This document shows positions 31,901 through 45,200 of a stretch of 64,000 bases of DNA, piece after piece. Positions within the stretch are counted from its first letter, which is position 1; each line of letters starts with the position of its first letter. The notes beneath the pieces were generated by a model. That model did not search any database, was not told the origin of the DNA, and saw nothing but the letters and a program-made list of their open reading frames with translations. The stretch spans positions 22,258,278 to 22,322,277 of the forward strand of contig CM119265.1 of the NCBI GenBank assembly GCA_051294375.1. The letters run 5' to 3'. The position numbers and the translations under genes were made by a program. Source of the stretch: Paraspadella gotoi (Eukaryota; Animalia; Chaetognatha).

Positions 31901-33579
31901 TCTGTATTTTGTGGATAATCTCCGTGATTCTTGCTTTCTTGTCGGCTTACGTTTTAAGAACCAAGGTCGTGGTCTCCTTTTCTTTCTCGATTTACTTTTT
32001 TAGGTTTGAAGCATTGCTTATCTTTAACTTTCAGCATTGTATAATGGCGCACTTCTACCCGGATCGCGAGAGAGAACGAGCGGTTTGGATGTACAACGCC
32101 ATCTTGCGTGATCGAGGAGGATTGACTCGCTGGTTGAGGCGGAATCTGAGGAGAAGAAAAATTTTGGGTAAAAAATATGATTTCGTAAAAAATTGTTATC
32201 AAATTAATCAAATCTTAATCTCAAAAGGTACATGGGAGGAAGAAACTATGGGCGGCGGTTACAATTTGACGTTTTGGGATCGAGTGATCGGATCTTGCCC
32301 TTGGACGCGTCACCCTCTCGAATGGTGCGGCTATAAGCGTCAAAGCTGCGTCGCTTGCGCCACGTCGGGAAAACCGGACGACCGCGAAAATTTTACTGTC
32401 TGCCCCAATGGAGCGTGTCAGGTTGCTATATTTTTTCTGTGTTTTTGTTAATATAAACTAAATCAGTTGATGTCTATTCAAATTCAAATCATGCTGGCTG
32501 CCTTTGGAATTCTGGAACGTTTTCGTTGTAAAAGTTTTGACGTCTTAAATTAAAAGGCGGTCTACTGCGTCAAATGCTTTGTCGACGTCGGAAAAGTCTG
32601 CGTCCTTTGCAGCAAACCCATTGACTACGGAGATCTCTCCGACGATTCGGAGGAGGTCGATTCGAGCGACGAAGAAGACGGAGGTTTTGAAAAGTTATAA
32701 AACTTATAAAATAATTTTTCATTAAATATGAATTTATTGTTAAGAACGAGTAGACGGAGGAGAAGAAAACAACATCAATTACAAAAATAACCGGTTCGAA
32801 TTTTATAACCTATGTACTAAAGTCTTTAAAGGTTTAAATGAACAAATTTATGATTAGGGAGATTCCGTTGAGCTCAACTTCAGACGAAAGCCAAGAAGAA
32901 GCTAAATTAAGACGCAGAGACATTGTCGAAAGTAGTAATCATTCCCGTCATCGTCATTCTCGTTTTCGTGGACAAAAAAGACGCGATGACCGTCTCCAGC
33001 GCCGAGCGTTACTCGAGAGAAGACACAATCGCGCGCACAGCTGTCGTTCGTCATCCGAAGGCGAGGATAGCGACGACGACGAAGAAAACGGTGGACACCG
33101 GCGTAGATTCCGAGTCGTTCTTCGGCGTCGCGAGCGATCCCTTTCGTTAGAATCCTGCGAATCATTGAAAATGGCGCCAGCGCCGCGGAAACGGCTCCTA
33201 TTTTCACGGAGGAAGCTAGAGATGGAAGAGTTCGAGTATCAATTCGCGCCTAAAGGTAGTTGTGATAAGACATTTAGAAAAATATAAAAATCATATATTT
33301 TTTAATTAAATAGGCTTATTGAACCAATTTTGGAGTTTCGTTTACGTTCTTAGTAGCGACTTGTTTATGTTTCATTTTCTGATCGTAACCTCAATCGAAG
33401 ACGATGACAAAGATTCCTCAAGTGACGATGAAATAAACTGGAACAAAAGAGAAGGCGAACGTCCTCGCATAGTTCTGGCGACCTTGGCGGATTTCGAAGA
33501 CTCCGAAACTATTGGAAACTATTGGGAGGAAAACTCTAATTACGAAAGCTCGATGAGCCTTTTAGAGCATTTAATTTAA
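28905..33579 (+). CDS. DCST2: DC-STAMP domain-containing protein 2 (sperm fertilisation factor family), multi-exon
   Basis: Motifs GLAFSSHIRCIVFLIIPQIFSKQGR, GPADNATRNL, DNWDNHYIT, RCLPTPSHPD, HFYPDRERERAVWMYN, a C-terminal RING-like region (CVAC...CPNGACQ..YCVKCF...CVLC) and DYGDLSDDSEEVDSSDEE, which is DCST2-type. The ends are less certain. Confidence 0.85.
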
Positions 33580-33796
33580 AAGTTTTGTAATGGCTTCAGC
33601 CCTTCGCGTTCGTTATACATCTTCGTATTCTAAGACATTTGATTTTAAAAACTTATGGTTGGTTAATAATTGTTATACTTTTATTTCTCATAAATAAATA
33701 ATACCGATTAAGTACAAACGTTAGTCTTTTTTTTCTTAAAAAAAATTATATCGTGACATCTTGGGACGTAACCTAGAGATGACTAACAAAAGGCAT

Positions 33797-33810
33797 GTTG
33801 TCATGGAAAC
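33797..33810. promoter_or_regulatory. RFX X-box upstream of LRRC51
   Basis: GTTGTCATGGAAAC is a near-canonical X-box ~310 bp before the ATG of a ciliary gene. Confidence 0.7.
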
Positions 33811-34119
33811 CTATAAATGTATCGTACTTTCTGAAAAAAAAACTTTCTCGCGAACATATTAAATTATTGTCTTTCATTTTCTTTTTCTTTCTCTTTCCAG
33901 AAAAAAAAATGCTAAAAGTGAAATTGAAATTTACAAAAATCTATTAAATAAATAATCTACCTTCTCTTTTCCTTTACAGAAAAAAAATCTGAATAACTCG
34001 TAAAGTATTAAGGAAAAAAATTATAAATATAATGTACCATAAAAAAAAATGCCAAATTTGCCACAAAAATTTCTTCATTCTCAATCTGTTTAAATTTTGA
34101 ACGGAAGCTTACCTCCGAC

Positions 34120-34991
34120 ATGATACCCGCAACCCGTGGAAAAACCAAAGAGGTTAAAGCGTTGATCGATGCGCAAAATGACGTCGAGCCGCCCTTAGAC
34201 TACTCTTTCAAATACCTCGTCAATTTTAACGAGGTTCTAGACGAGGAGCCTCGTAACGTCGAAGTCTCGGCCAGTCTCGACGCCGCCTGGAAGCGACGAA
34301 AATCCGTCATTACGGCGCTGCAAACCTCTCGAGACGCTGCCAAACTCGCCGTGGCCCAAACCGGGAAACCTAAGTCGGCGCTCAATCGCGACAAAGAAGA
34401 CGGCGACGACGAGGACTCGGCCACTTTTCGGCCCCTTTTGCCGGCGACGGCGGTCAGAGTCAACAATAACCAGATCGAGGAGTTAACTGGTATCTGCAAG
34501 GCGATGACAGCGTTGCTCGTCGAGCCTAGTGCTCTGGGTTGGCTGGACGTTTCCTTCAACGCCTTGACTGGCATCGATTCGGAGATATTGCAATTTCCGA
34601 ATCTCAAGGTAAGTTTAAAAACCACCCATCTATCGACAATAGGTCCTCTTGCTGTCATCCGCGTTTTTCCGCGCAGGTGCTTTATCTTCACGGCAACTTG
34701 ATCGCCGACATGATGGAGGTTGACAAACTGTCGAATCTTCCCAACTTGCTAAGCCTCACGCTGCATGGAAACCCCATCGAAGAATTGAACACTTGCTACC
34801 AACTCTACATTATTTCTCAGATTCCACAGATAAGGAATTTGGACTTTTGTTCCGTCACCAACGGCAACAGAAAAACGGCCGAGACTTGGGTGGCCATGCG
34901 CGGTCGGGAACCTTTTCGGACCCTACAAAAGCTGCAGGAGCAACGCAGACTGAGAACGCAGCAATCCTTGTCAGCCAAGACTAAGGATTAA
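34120..34991 (+). CDS. LRRC51: Leucine-rich repeat-containing protein 51 (exons 34120-34608, 34677-34991)
   Basis: Motifs EPPLDYSF...EEPR, VRVNNN, WLDVSFNALTGID, LKVLYLHGN, LSLTLHGNPIEE, DFCSVT. Confidence 0.93.
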
Positions 34992-35015
34992 ACGCTTCAT
35001 TAAGTGCGGATATCC

Positions 35016-35027
35016 GTTACTAGCAAC
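35016..35027. promoter_or_regulatory. Candidate X-box between LRRC51 and CCDC39
   Basis: Near-palindrome GTTACTAGCAAC ~310 bp upstream of the CCDC39 ATG, within the LRRC51 3' UTR. Confidence 0.45.
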
Positions 35028-35339
35028 TACATATATTATTACTATTTTTATTCAATAAATATTTTATCTATTCACCTACAACACTAAGAAAATACCTTGT
35101 CCTTTGGGGACGCGAAGTCCTGTGTTGTTCGTTACATGTTGTTAATCACGCCATCTGGCTACGGAGAATAGTTATAAAGATATCAACGAAAAAAACTCAC
35201 CTATGATAATACTAGCGCTATCAAAGCTTGTAACCTATCAAGTTTGTTTTGTTTTGTTTAGCACGAAAGTAAAAAAATCGTTTGTCGCTTGTGATTGAAA
35301 TTTTATATACAAGACAGATCGATTATACGAACAAAGACC

Positions 35340-38300
35340 ATGTCGGCGGTGATGAGTTCGAATATCGCCGCTGTGCTGACGGACATTCAGTGGGACGAAG
35401 GTTTCTCAATCCCTGTCGCCAACGCGGAAAACAAAACCCTCGAAAATGAGATACAGCAAAAGCAGCGAGAGGTGTGTCCCGTTAATGCTCGATTTAACTG
35501 CGTCTACCTCACCGTTTTCTCTTTTTTTAAGGTGATGACCTCTCGAAATTTAGTGGAAGAGATCACAGACCGAGTTAACGCCATTATGGATCACACGAAA
35601 AACGTTCGCCAGGAGCTTCAATTAACTCAGGTTTCGATTTTGTTAGTTTCATAATTTATTATAGGTTTGTATTATGTACAATGTATTATACTCCGAAGTC
35701 TGAACAGCAACAAAAAGTAGTAAAACATAATTGTTATCATTCCTTCAGAGTCTCTTACGGTCCCGACGTAACGAGGTCGAGACGGAAAAGCACATGAGTC
35801 AACTCTCCCAACGCGAGATCGGACGTCTGCAACAGGAAATCAAGCGCCTAGACACTCTCATCGAGGAACTGAAGGAGAGAAAAAATCTTCACGAAAACAA
35901 CATCTTCAAAAACACGCAGCAGCTGGAAAAATTAAAAGCGCAGATGAACTGGGATCAGCAGGTAGGTTGGGTTAAAGTCGAAATGAGATGAAGAAGAAAA
36001 AATATGTACGGGAAAACCACAGAGAATAGAATGCGAGAATAAAAATAATTTTGAACACGTCCATATAATTGAAAAGTAAAATTAAATTTCAAGGTCAGAA
36101 GCCCGAGCTAAAGGATTGAGTCGCCCGTATAGACTACAGACTACAGAGGTCTATTTATCAATAAATGAATAATATAGTTACTTTGTTAGTTCTTTTGAGA
36201 ACGCTTCACGGCCCAGGGTACCTTGATATTTTATTTTATTTTATTCGCAGTTTCGCTTTTTTTTTCTTTTTTGCTTTATTGACAATCTTCATACAAATCC
36301 CCAGCACGACGCTGAATATGGCGCCGAATGTAACTGCACCGAACATTCCACCGGTGTTTTCTATCTGCAACGCAGACGATGTCAAACTCGTTTTCTGGGG
36401 GCATCTGTATCGACCCTGCAAATTTCCTATTTTTCCTCGGCTTGTGTAGTCGCGAATTTTGTCAGAGATATTTTTCAGCATCGGGTGACCCTTTCTCATC
36501 GCCCAACCGAAGAGATCCATGGAGATGGGTTCAAAGATCTTGATGTCCATATCGCAATGCTTGACTCGAAAACGCTTCAGGGGTTCGTCGTCGGAAACGA
36601 TCGCCGCATCTTCTTGTAGTAACTGTTTAAACTCGCTCGTCGAATTCCAAAACCAGTTGTTATCTTCCATCCTCCGCGAGGCGGCGATCAGAACTGGTTG
36701 CTTGTTATTCTTGAAAAATTCGCGAGTGGCTCCGGCTTTGTACGAGTAAATGGGAATGTCGACTCGCTTAAGAACGTCCTCGGAGGTTTCTAACTCATCG
36801 TTTGTCCCCGAGGCCGAGAGAAAAGCGGCCAAATTGGCGGTGTAGCTGTAAAGGAAGAGAGAATCCGTTTATTAACTCAACCATAAGTGTCGCCCTCTAC
36901 CAGAAATAAAAGTTACCTCGAGATGATAATGAGGCAAAACGCCCCCCAAACCGCGGAGAGAGTCTTTCCCGCGAAGCTCTTCGGAAAACAGGGTTCGCCC
37001 GCCTGCATGGCGATACACCACATATACCACGCGCTTTGAGAAATATTAAATTTTTGAGATTCCAAGAAACAGAGCATAGCGTGAACCAAGGTGCACAAAG
37101 CCAAGCAAATCAGCGTCGCCAACCACAGGTCGGGAGAAAATGGTTGTAGAAACTGAAAGAAGCTCGGTGGAGCCGGTTTCAAGATGTAGGCCAACGTCTT
37201 ACCGCCTCCGAAAAAAGGGGCCGTGAAGCTGACCACTTTCGATCGTTCTGCTGTGATGGTGATGGTCTAGAATAGGATAAAATAGGAAATATTCTTGTGA
37301 AGAATAATATGAGCTCTATAAAAGCTTTTTGCAACCTGCACCGCGAGATCGGCTTCTCCCCGCTGCACAACGCCTATCATCCCGTCAAAGGATCCGTTCC
37401 CTGTATCCACCCCGAACTTTCCGTCTTCGGCTTCGCTGACGATATAGTCAAAGTTTAGATCACGCTGAAGATCTTCCAAGATGTCGAAGCAAATTCCCTG
37501 CCATTCTCCGTCCTCTAAGATGGCGTAAGGCGGGTAATCTGACGTGATTACTTTCAAAAAGCTGCGATTCATGGTCGCTTTGAAACGTCTATTTTTCTTT
37601 AACGAGAAAATAATTTTATTCCACCGCAAAGGAGCTTTTAAATTGACGATCGATACTTGCGAACCAGAGAGCCACCGAGAAAGCACACACTCTTCTCGAA
37701 ATTAAGCTAACGCAAACAAACTATCGTTGTTTGTTTGTGAGTTTTAGGCAATAGGCCATTTTGGGGTAGGTGGGGGAAGGATAAGAGGAGGGAGGGAAAG
37801 AGAGAGATTGTATGATAGCTTTTGGTACATCTCCACTTTATTATTTTGTTGATTCTGCAGGCGTTGGAGGCGTGGCTGGAAGAGTCGGCCCGAAGGGATG
37901 AAGATGCGATGACGCTTCAAAAGTACACGCGTCAGGATGAGGCCAAGATCAAAGAATTGTCGTTGAGGTTAGTTAGAAATTCGTAATTACTAATTGATAA
38001 GTTATGCGACCTATTATTATTATTTCAATAAATACAGAATGGAACAATTGACTGAGGAATCGGCCAAGCGGCGAAAACTATTGGACATTGAAACCACGAA
38101 CACTTTGACGGCGCAGATCGAACTAGACAAGACGGCTGAGGAGTTCAGAAAGGCGCACAAGGTGGGGAATAAGAAAAAGTGGGTATATTTTGTATAGGAC
38201 GGGGGGAATCTTTATGTTTATCCTTTCTTCCAGGATCGTCAGCATCTGTTAGAATTGTGGGAAGCGGCGATTGCCAACATGCAACGACGCGACCGTGAAA

Positions 38301-41300
38301 TGGACATGATGGCGGAGCAGTTGGCCGAAGTTAAGAAGAAGGTTCATCGATGTCAGGAGATTCTCAGAGAAAAGGAGAATTTCTTGGAGAACGAGAAGAA
38401 CAACAACGTCGAGCAAGAAAAGAGGCTGCAGATTGCCGAGAGACAGGTTTGTTGTTCTTTTAATTTTGATAAGTGTTAAGTTATAATTCAGATTTGGAAA
38501 GGAGAATGATTCCATCTTCCATCGCTGCTTCCAGGTTGCGAAGATTCGCAACGATTACTCGACGGCGGAGACGCAACGATTTCAATTCGCCGAAGAGTTG
38601 GAGACTCTAAAAAACTGCGTGGAAAGGTGCAACACGGACTTGGAGAAGGCGAGAAGCAACATCAGGTGAGTTTGTTACGTAACTTACGTTACGAACTATC
38701 GATCGATTTTAATAATTTGTGGCGAGAAACCTTTTATACGTATGTATATATTCTCTCTTTTTCCTTTTCAGTCACATGAAAAAAGAAATACAGGAAAAAA
38801 ACAAAAAGTTGGAGGATGTCAGAAGGATCGACGAAAAACTTATGGAAAGACTAAGAATGGTAAATGATTATGGAAAGAAAAAAAGAAAAATAACATCAAA
38901 AACAACAATGATAAAAGAAAAAACGGGAAAAAAAGAGAAAGTTTGCAAGAAATCAAATGAAGAAAAAAAAACAGAAAGAAAAAAGAAAAAAAAAAGAAAA
39001 AAAGAAAAAAAGAAAAAAAGGGGAAAAAAAAGAAAAAAAGAGAAAAGAGAAAAAGAGAAAAAGAGAAAAAAGAAAAAAAAAAAGAAAAAAAGAAAAAAAG
39101 AAAAAAAGAAAAAAGAAAAAAAGAAAAAAAAGAAAAAAGAGAAAAAAGGAAAAAAGGAAAAAGAAAAAAGAAAGAAAAAAAGAAGAGAAAAAAAGGCCCG
39201 TAAACAAATTGAATCGGCCACTGTGAAACTAAATCGCCCTCCGTTTTGCTTGGTAAAACTGGTTACTGCTGGTCAGAAGCTCTGAGCGCCAGCTGTCGAG
39301 AGATGCCTCACACCTCGGACATCACACATGTCTCCCCGTTGCCAAACTACCTTATTTTTGGCCCAGGTCCAAGAAGGAACGATGACTGCTGAGGAGCGGG
39401 TGGCGGCTGTGGAGAGAGCGTATGCGGAGGAGCATGCAGCTCAGGAAGCTATCCTTGTCGAACTAAGGCGCCTTCGCGAAAACGCCTTCAAACAAACGCA
39501 AGAGTTAAACGATCTCAGGGGTATTAACTAGATTGCAGTTATGATCGTTTATCAGTTCCTGACTGTGTTCGTTCTCACAGGGGAAGAAAGAGGGAAAACT
39601 GCCGAAATTACGGGCACCACTGCCGCCATTCGCAACATGAAGTCGAAAATCGGAAAACTCGACAAAGAGACGCTCAAGCAGCAGGAAATCATGTACAACC
39701 AGGTAAGCTAATTTCTCAACGTGCCTCGTCTGTTTTTTATCCTTTTCATTCATTTCGCGCGTTTGATCTGGGTTGCAGGATTTTCAAATTGCGCAACTGG
39801 AGAGACGCATCGCCAAGATGGAGGGTCAAACGACTTCCGACGAAAAGGACGAACTGGAGAAGAAAATCAAAGAGTTAACAAAAATTTTGGAGGAACGCCA
39901 GCAGACTTTCAACATGGTCGATGCGCAGGTTGAGATACTTCATATTTTCAATTCTTTTTTCGCTTTTTAAATTGTGAGCTTTTCTTCAGGTGAAAAGGCT
40001 CGCAGATGACATCTCTAGGGTGACTAGAGACTACCACATCACCTCCAAAGTTAAAGAAGATTACACGTCAAAAATCGAAGAGCTCAATCTCTACAATGAT
40101 AGGTGATTGGCACATTCTGAGTCATTTAATTTGAACAATTCCATTTTCTCCAAATGATCGATCCACTAATCTCTTCAACCAGCTCCCAACGAGTTCTCAA
40201 CAAACTCAACGAAAAGAAAGAAAATCTTCTCGTCGATCAGAATCTTCTCAAACTTGAGATCAAGCGTCTGCGAAACTTTCTCCGCGACAAGAGCGACTCC
40301 GTGACGAACCTCGAAAAGCGAAAGATGCAGCTTGACACGGCGATGCAGGAGCGAAGGCTGGAAATCAGTAATCACATGGATATGATCACGGCTCAGGTAG
40401 TGTTTGATCCATTCTCCCAGAAAAAATTGTAATGTTCGGTGGATGTTTACTTAAGAAGGCGTCTCGCGACCCGATTTATTTTAGTTGCGTTCCGCGGACG
40501 AGGAACGCAGCACCGTTAACGCCGAACTCCACGACCGCCTGAGCAAAATAGAAAAGCTGAAGAAACGATACGAGATACTCATGGTCTCCATGAAGCCGCC
40601 AGAAGGAGAGGAGGAGCAGACGCAGGTGGGCAAAACGTTTTGGATTCGAAAAATTACTATTCTCGATGTGACTTGACACCATCTTTTTTTTTTCTTCTTT
40701 CAAGGCGTACTTCGTGATCAAAGCGGCTCAAGAGAAGGAGGCGCTGCAACGGGAGGGAGACGAGCTCGACGCGAAGATTAGGAAAGCGGAGAAGGAAATT
40801 CGCGCTTTGGAGAACACCCTGCGTCTCCTCAATGCGAGGAATGAGACGTACAGGTTAGGAATTGAGAGAATTAGATTTCAACCGAGAAGTCAAGCGGTTA
40901 ATTGATCATTGATCATTTACTTAGGCAAAGCTTCCGCAAAGTGACTTCGGACAGCGAAGAGGCCGAGCAAAGACATCAGCTGGATGAGCAGCTCCGCGCC
41001 GTTATGGACAAATACAAGTACAAGAGGCGTCAGATTAAGGAATTGCAAGAGGATGTGAGAACGATGAGCGGCACTCTCGACCAACTGCAAAGGGAAGAGG
41101 ACACCGAAGTGCTCAAAGTGCGTTTGAGAATATTAATTTCTTTCAAGAGCTTTTATCAGATATTTATTTGTTAATACGCTTTTTTAGGTGGAAGAATACA
41201 AAACGCGAAATCAACAAATTGGTAGGGAATTAGAAGAACAGCAAGTTAAGTTGACGCGCGTTAAGAAGCTCAACGAAAAATCCGCGGCTGAGGTGACCTC

Positions 41301-41954
41301 TTAAATGTTTTTAAAAATATTTAAGAACCGACCATAATAAAATTCGGATTTTTTTTCGTAGTTGAGAGAACGCAACAAAGTCACTACTGAGACCAAAGAG
41401 GAAAAAGATTTCGAGGTAAACCTAGGAGAAAAAAATGATTAAACATCTGATATGGCGCGCGTCATAAGTTCATTAATAGTCATGACGTTTGGTGGCGCTT
41501 CATTATTAGGTCCGGGATCTGCGCGAATTTAATAGGTCGATGATCCGAGACGTTTTGGACGTGACCTCGGATTTTCCGGAAGTACATCAGTCGCTCTTGA
41601 ACTATCTTACCCAGGTTTTAAAATTGGGACCTAACTATTTAGTATCCGTATATAATGAACAAGAATAACGATATTCATTCACCTCAATTCTGTGTCCAGG
41701 CCAACATCCCAGTGCCGACGGGCCGCTCCTCACTCGGTGCTTCTCGCTCAGGGTCGACGCTTGGAGGTCGATCTGCGACGAGCCTTTCCTCCGCCCGTTC
41801 CACCAAATCCGGTTCTTCCTCCTCTGCTGCCGTCACTCCGGCTCCAGTAGAAATTGGAGCCGACTTCGCGCCTCTTCCCCCGGAGAGCGCTAGGAGCGGC
41901 CGGGGAAGCGACAGAGCCACCAGCGCCAGGAGCATCGGCGGCGGGAGACGCTAA
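35340..41954 (+). CDS. CCDC39: Coiled-coil domain-containing protein 39 (axonemal 96-nm ruler), multi-exon
   Basis: Motifs [22 protein letters not shown]|[71 protein letters not shown]. Confidence 0.96.
36236..37572 (-). CDS. Ionotropic glutamate receptor-like subunit lacking the amino-terminal domain (~398 aa; exons 37572-37336, 37266-36917, 36845-36236), nested in CCDC39 intron 3
   Basis: S1 motifs DYPPY, GICFDIL, DGKFG, DGMIG, ADLA, TITAER. M1 [10 protein letters not shown], pore loop AMQAG, M3 [10 protein letters not shown]2 GAT...FGWAMRKG and M4 GGMF are present. Confidence 0.92.
38870..39195 (+). repeat. A-rich (GAAAAAA-like) low-complexity tract in a CCDC39 intron
   Basis: Pure purine run; it produces the spurious poly-K and poly-F ORFs. 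Confidence 0.9.
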
Positions 41955-42279
41955 TGATTTATGGCTTAATTACAAACATATACGTCATACGTATCTTGAT
42001 ATCTTCACACAATACACATCCTCACAATAATAAATATTTTACTGGAGTTATTTCTTAATTGACTTTTTATGCCAATCATGCAAAAGGTCATAGCTTATTA
42101 AAATTTTTTTTCTAATATGTATTTATTTTTTATTGGTAGTAGAGCCTAGAGTAAGGACCGTTAATGTTCACCTTAAAAAAAACTTTTCATGGATCGTGCG
42201 AAAAAAAATTGAATGCACTAACTGTTCTGCTTATATTGTATACGTGTGTTAAAGCACAAGCAAAAAAATTTTAATCGTA

Positions 42280-45200
42280 ATGGCCGAATCCAAATACGAT
42301 TTATGGACCGTGGGATCCACGTCCACAGGGACTGTGACGGCCACGGATACTAGTTTTTACAAAGTAAGTTTAACCGAAGATTATTGACTAATAAGAGATA
42401 ATATATTTTTATTTCATTTTCAAATTTTCTTCATCCGTCCCTTCTTGAAGCATCCGTCACGATTCGGGCTGCATCTGCCGCCAAAGCAGCAGCACTGGTT
42501 CAAAGAGCGGCTGCGGACGCAAATCTTCAAAGAACGCAGGAAGGAGGATGCGCACAAGTTTCTCGTGGGGAGAAACTGGACCTTCGTCAAGGACGGCCTC
42601 GAAGACTTTAGGTCGGTGGGACCGTACAACGAGAGAAAAATAAATAAGTTAAAATTGAAAAACAATTTAAACAAATTGATTTTTATTTTAAACGCAGAAC
42701 TGGCGTCCCTCCGGACGAGGGCGACGCCTCTGTTCTCCGACCGAAACCCCACGGAGTCATCGGACCCAACATCTTTCCCTCTGACGAAAAGAGGAACAGA
42801 GCAACTGAAATCAAGGAACGCGCACGGTTGCGGCGCGCTGGGGATTGGAAGCCCACTCTTACCAAAGGTATGTAAAATTTTTAGAGATGTATATTATGTA
42901 TATTTTTAGAGAGAGAAAACAGAGTGGGTGTGTGTGTGTTAGAGAGTGTGTGTGTATGTGTGAGTCAGTGAAAAAGGGGGGGGGAAATGGTTTTCTTATT
43001 AATAATATCCAATTCGCTCAATTCATAACACGCTCCATACTTAGAGCCGATTGCCTCGAAGTGCCCAGGTTGGTCGAAAGAAGAAAAAAAAACTCTGGTT
43101 TTCGGAAGATCGACTTTAACGCAGACAGCGAGAAAGCAACACATTCAGAACTTGGAAGACGGATTGTTAGCGCATCCCCTTTCCCTGTTGCCTCACTTGC
43201 AAGTAGGATTTTCTTTTTTGGTTGTTGCCCATATTTTATTTTCCACACCGAGTGAGGGTTATATCTTATTGTTGTCTCTGCAGGAGGGGATGCCACCCGA
43301 CGTATTCGAGACCGTCGTGGACATCCTCGATCCAGAATTAAACATTGCCTCCGAAGCCATCTTCGACGATGATCCCGCACTGCGACCGAGACGAAAGGTG
43401 AAGAAAGAATGAAAAAAAAAGGAAGAAAAATATAAGAAATTGTTTCTAAGCAGGACGAATCGTTAACGGCGGAGCACGGCGATCAAAGCGTGGCCGACAT
43501 CACTACTGCGCCGGTGACGCCTACGCAGGTTATTAAATTGTGACCATAAGAAACGATTTATTAAAATTCTCATTCCCAAGAGCCATTTTTTCTTTTAGCC
43601 GGGAACGGCAAGAAGGATGACGGAGCATTCGCCATCGGAATTTCCGTCGGATACTCTGGCTGAAAAAACTGCCGGGCGCCTGGAAACAACCTCAAGACGC
43701 ACCTCTTTAGCTTTTGATCAACGCCACATTGAGTCGAAGAGACGTCAATCACGAAAATCTCCGTCGAAAGGCTCGCAGAGGGTAAAGCGTTGAAGGGTTA
43801 ATTTGTTATTTAATTTTTCCTAAAATTTGATTCAAATTTTTTTTTTCTTGTAGGGCTCCATGGGTGGAACCAATCAGTCCAACAATCACTTAAACACCGG
43901 TAGGTTTTTATAGTGATTTTTTTTCTTTCATTTTTGTTTTTGGAGTGTCACCGAGCGCTTCCTCACAGGACCACATGGTCGTCGAAAAAAATCTCTGGCC
44001 ACTACGCAACAAGAATCTCCTTCGTTAGACATTCACATTTCCAACATCACAAAAGACTTTTGCGAGTGGGTGGCCAACATCGGTGAGTCCGATCTGGGAC
44101 ACCATTTTTCTATTGGGTCTCTCGCTCGAAGTGAACGACAAAAATTTCGAATGATCGTCAGGCGGAGAGACGAACAACATCGAAGAGGCGACCGTGGAAT
44201 CGCTCTTCGCCAGCGGCTACGAGACGAAGCCGGCGCTTTCCGTTCCGATCCATATTGTCGACGACAGCAGCGTCCCCATTGAACTTAAGGGCGGCGACGA
44301 GACAGCACCACCGCCGCCTAATGCGGAGGATGCCTCGTCCAGGAAAAAGGGCAAAGAAGAAGGCAACAAAAGGAGAGTGGCGACGGAGTGGTTGGGTAAG
44401 TCGGGTTTAATGCTTGCCCTGGCACTACTTTGTTAATTATTTCAGAATTTCGTTGATTAGATACGTCGCCAGCTACGAACGTGGCGCCGGGACCGCGCTT
44501 TCGCTACGGCGCCTGGTATCTTCGACCCCGGGTATGGCGCGTGCTCGAGGCCGGCGAGGGACTCGAGGATCCCAAGAAGGTGGAGGACAAGGAAATGAGC
44601 GAGGGAAAACTCAGAAGCGCCAAGCTCGACCTAGAATTGGCCCCGCTTCATGGATCGAAGGTTAAGGATTAAAATAGGCGTAACATATCATTGAATGATT
44701 GATTCAAGTTTTATCAGAGAATGTTAAATTACAAAATCTTAAAAGTATAGTGATCTCGCCAGACGTTACGATAAAAGAAAATTAATTTAAAAATTTTAAA
44801 AAAAGAACGAATTATTGATTTAATAATAATTGATTGATATAATAATAATTGATGTAATAATAATTGATTGATTGACATAATAATAATTAATTGATGAGAT
44901 GATAATCCTTAATTGATACGATATTTATCATTCATTGACATAATTAATCATTTATTGTAAATAAAACGAACAAATGCGTATATGAGTGAGAGAGAGAGAA
45001 AGTGAAAGAGAAAAAAAAAATCCAACCGCTGCAGAACTGAACTCGTTTTTAAATGAATCAGAAGAGGCAACGCCTGCCAAAAAAATATATATTTATATAA
45101 TTTTAAAACATAAAAAAAAAAAAAAAAAATGTCACAACTGTTTACAATTAAAAATTATTACAATTTTTTTTAATCGGAAATTATAAAAATATATATTTTT

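Noticed and set aside
38719-39285. Lys-rich and Phe-rich ORFs
   Set aside because: Low-complexity A-rich intron tract. Only ~38772-38860 is a real CCDC39 exon.
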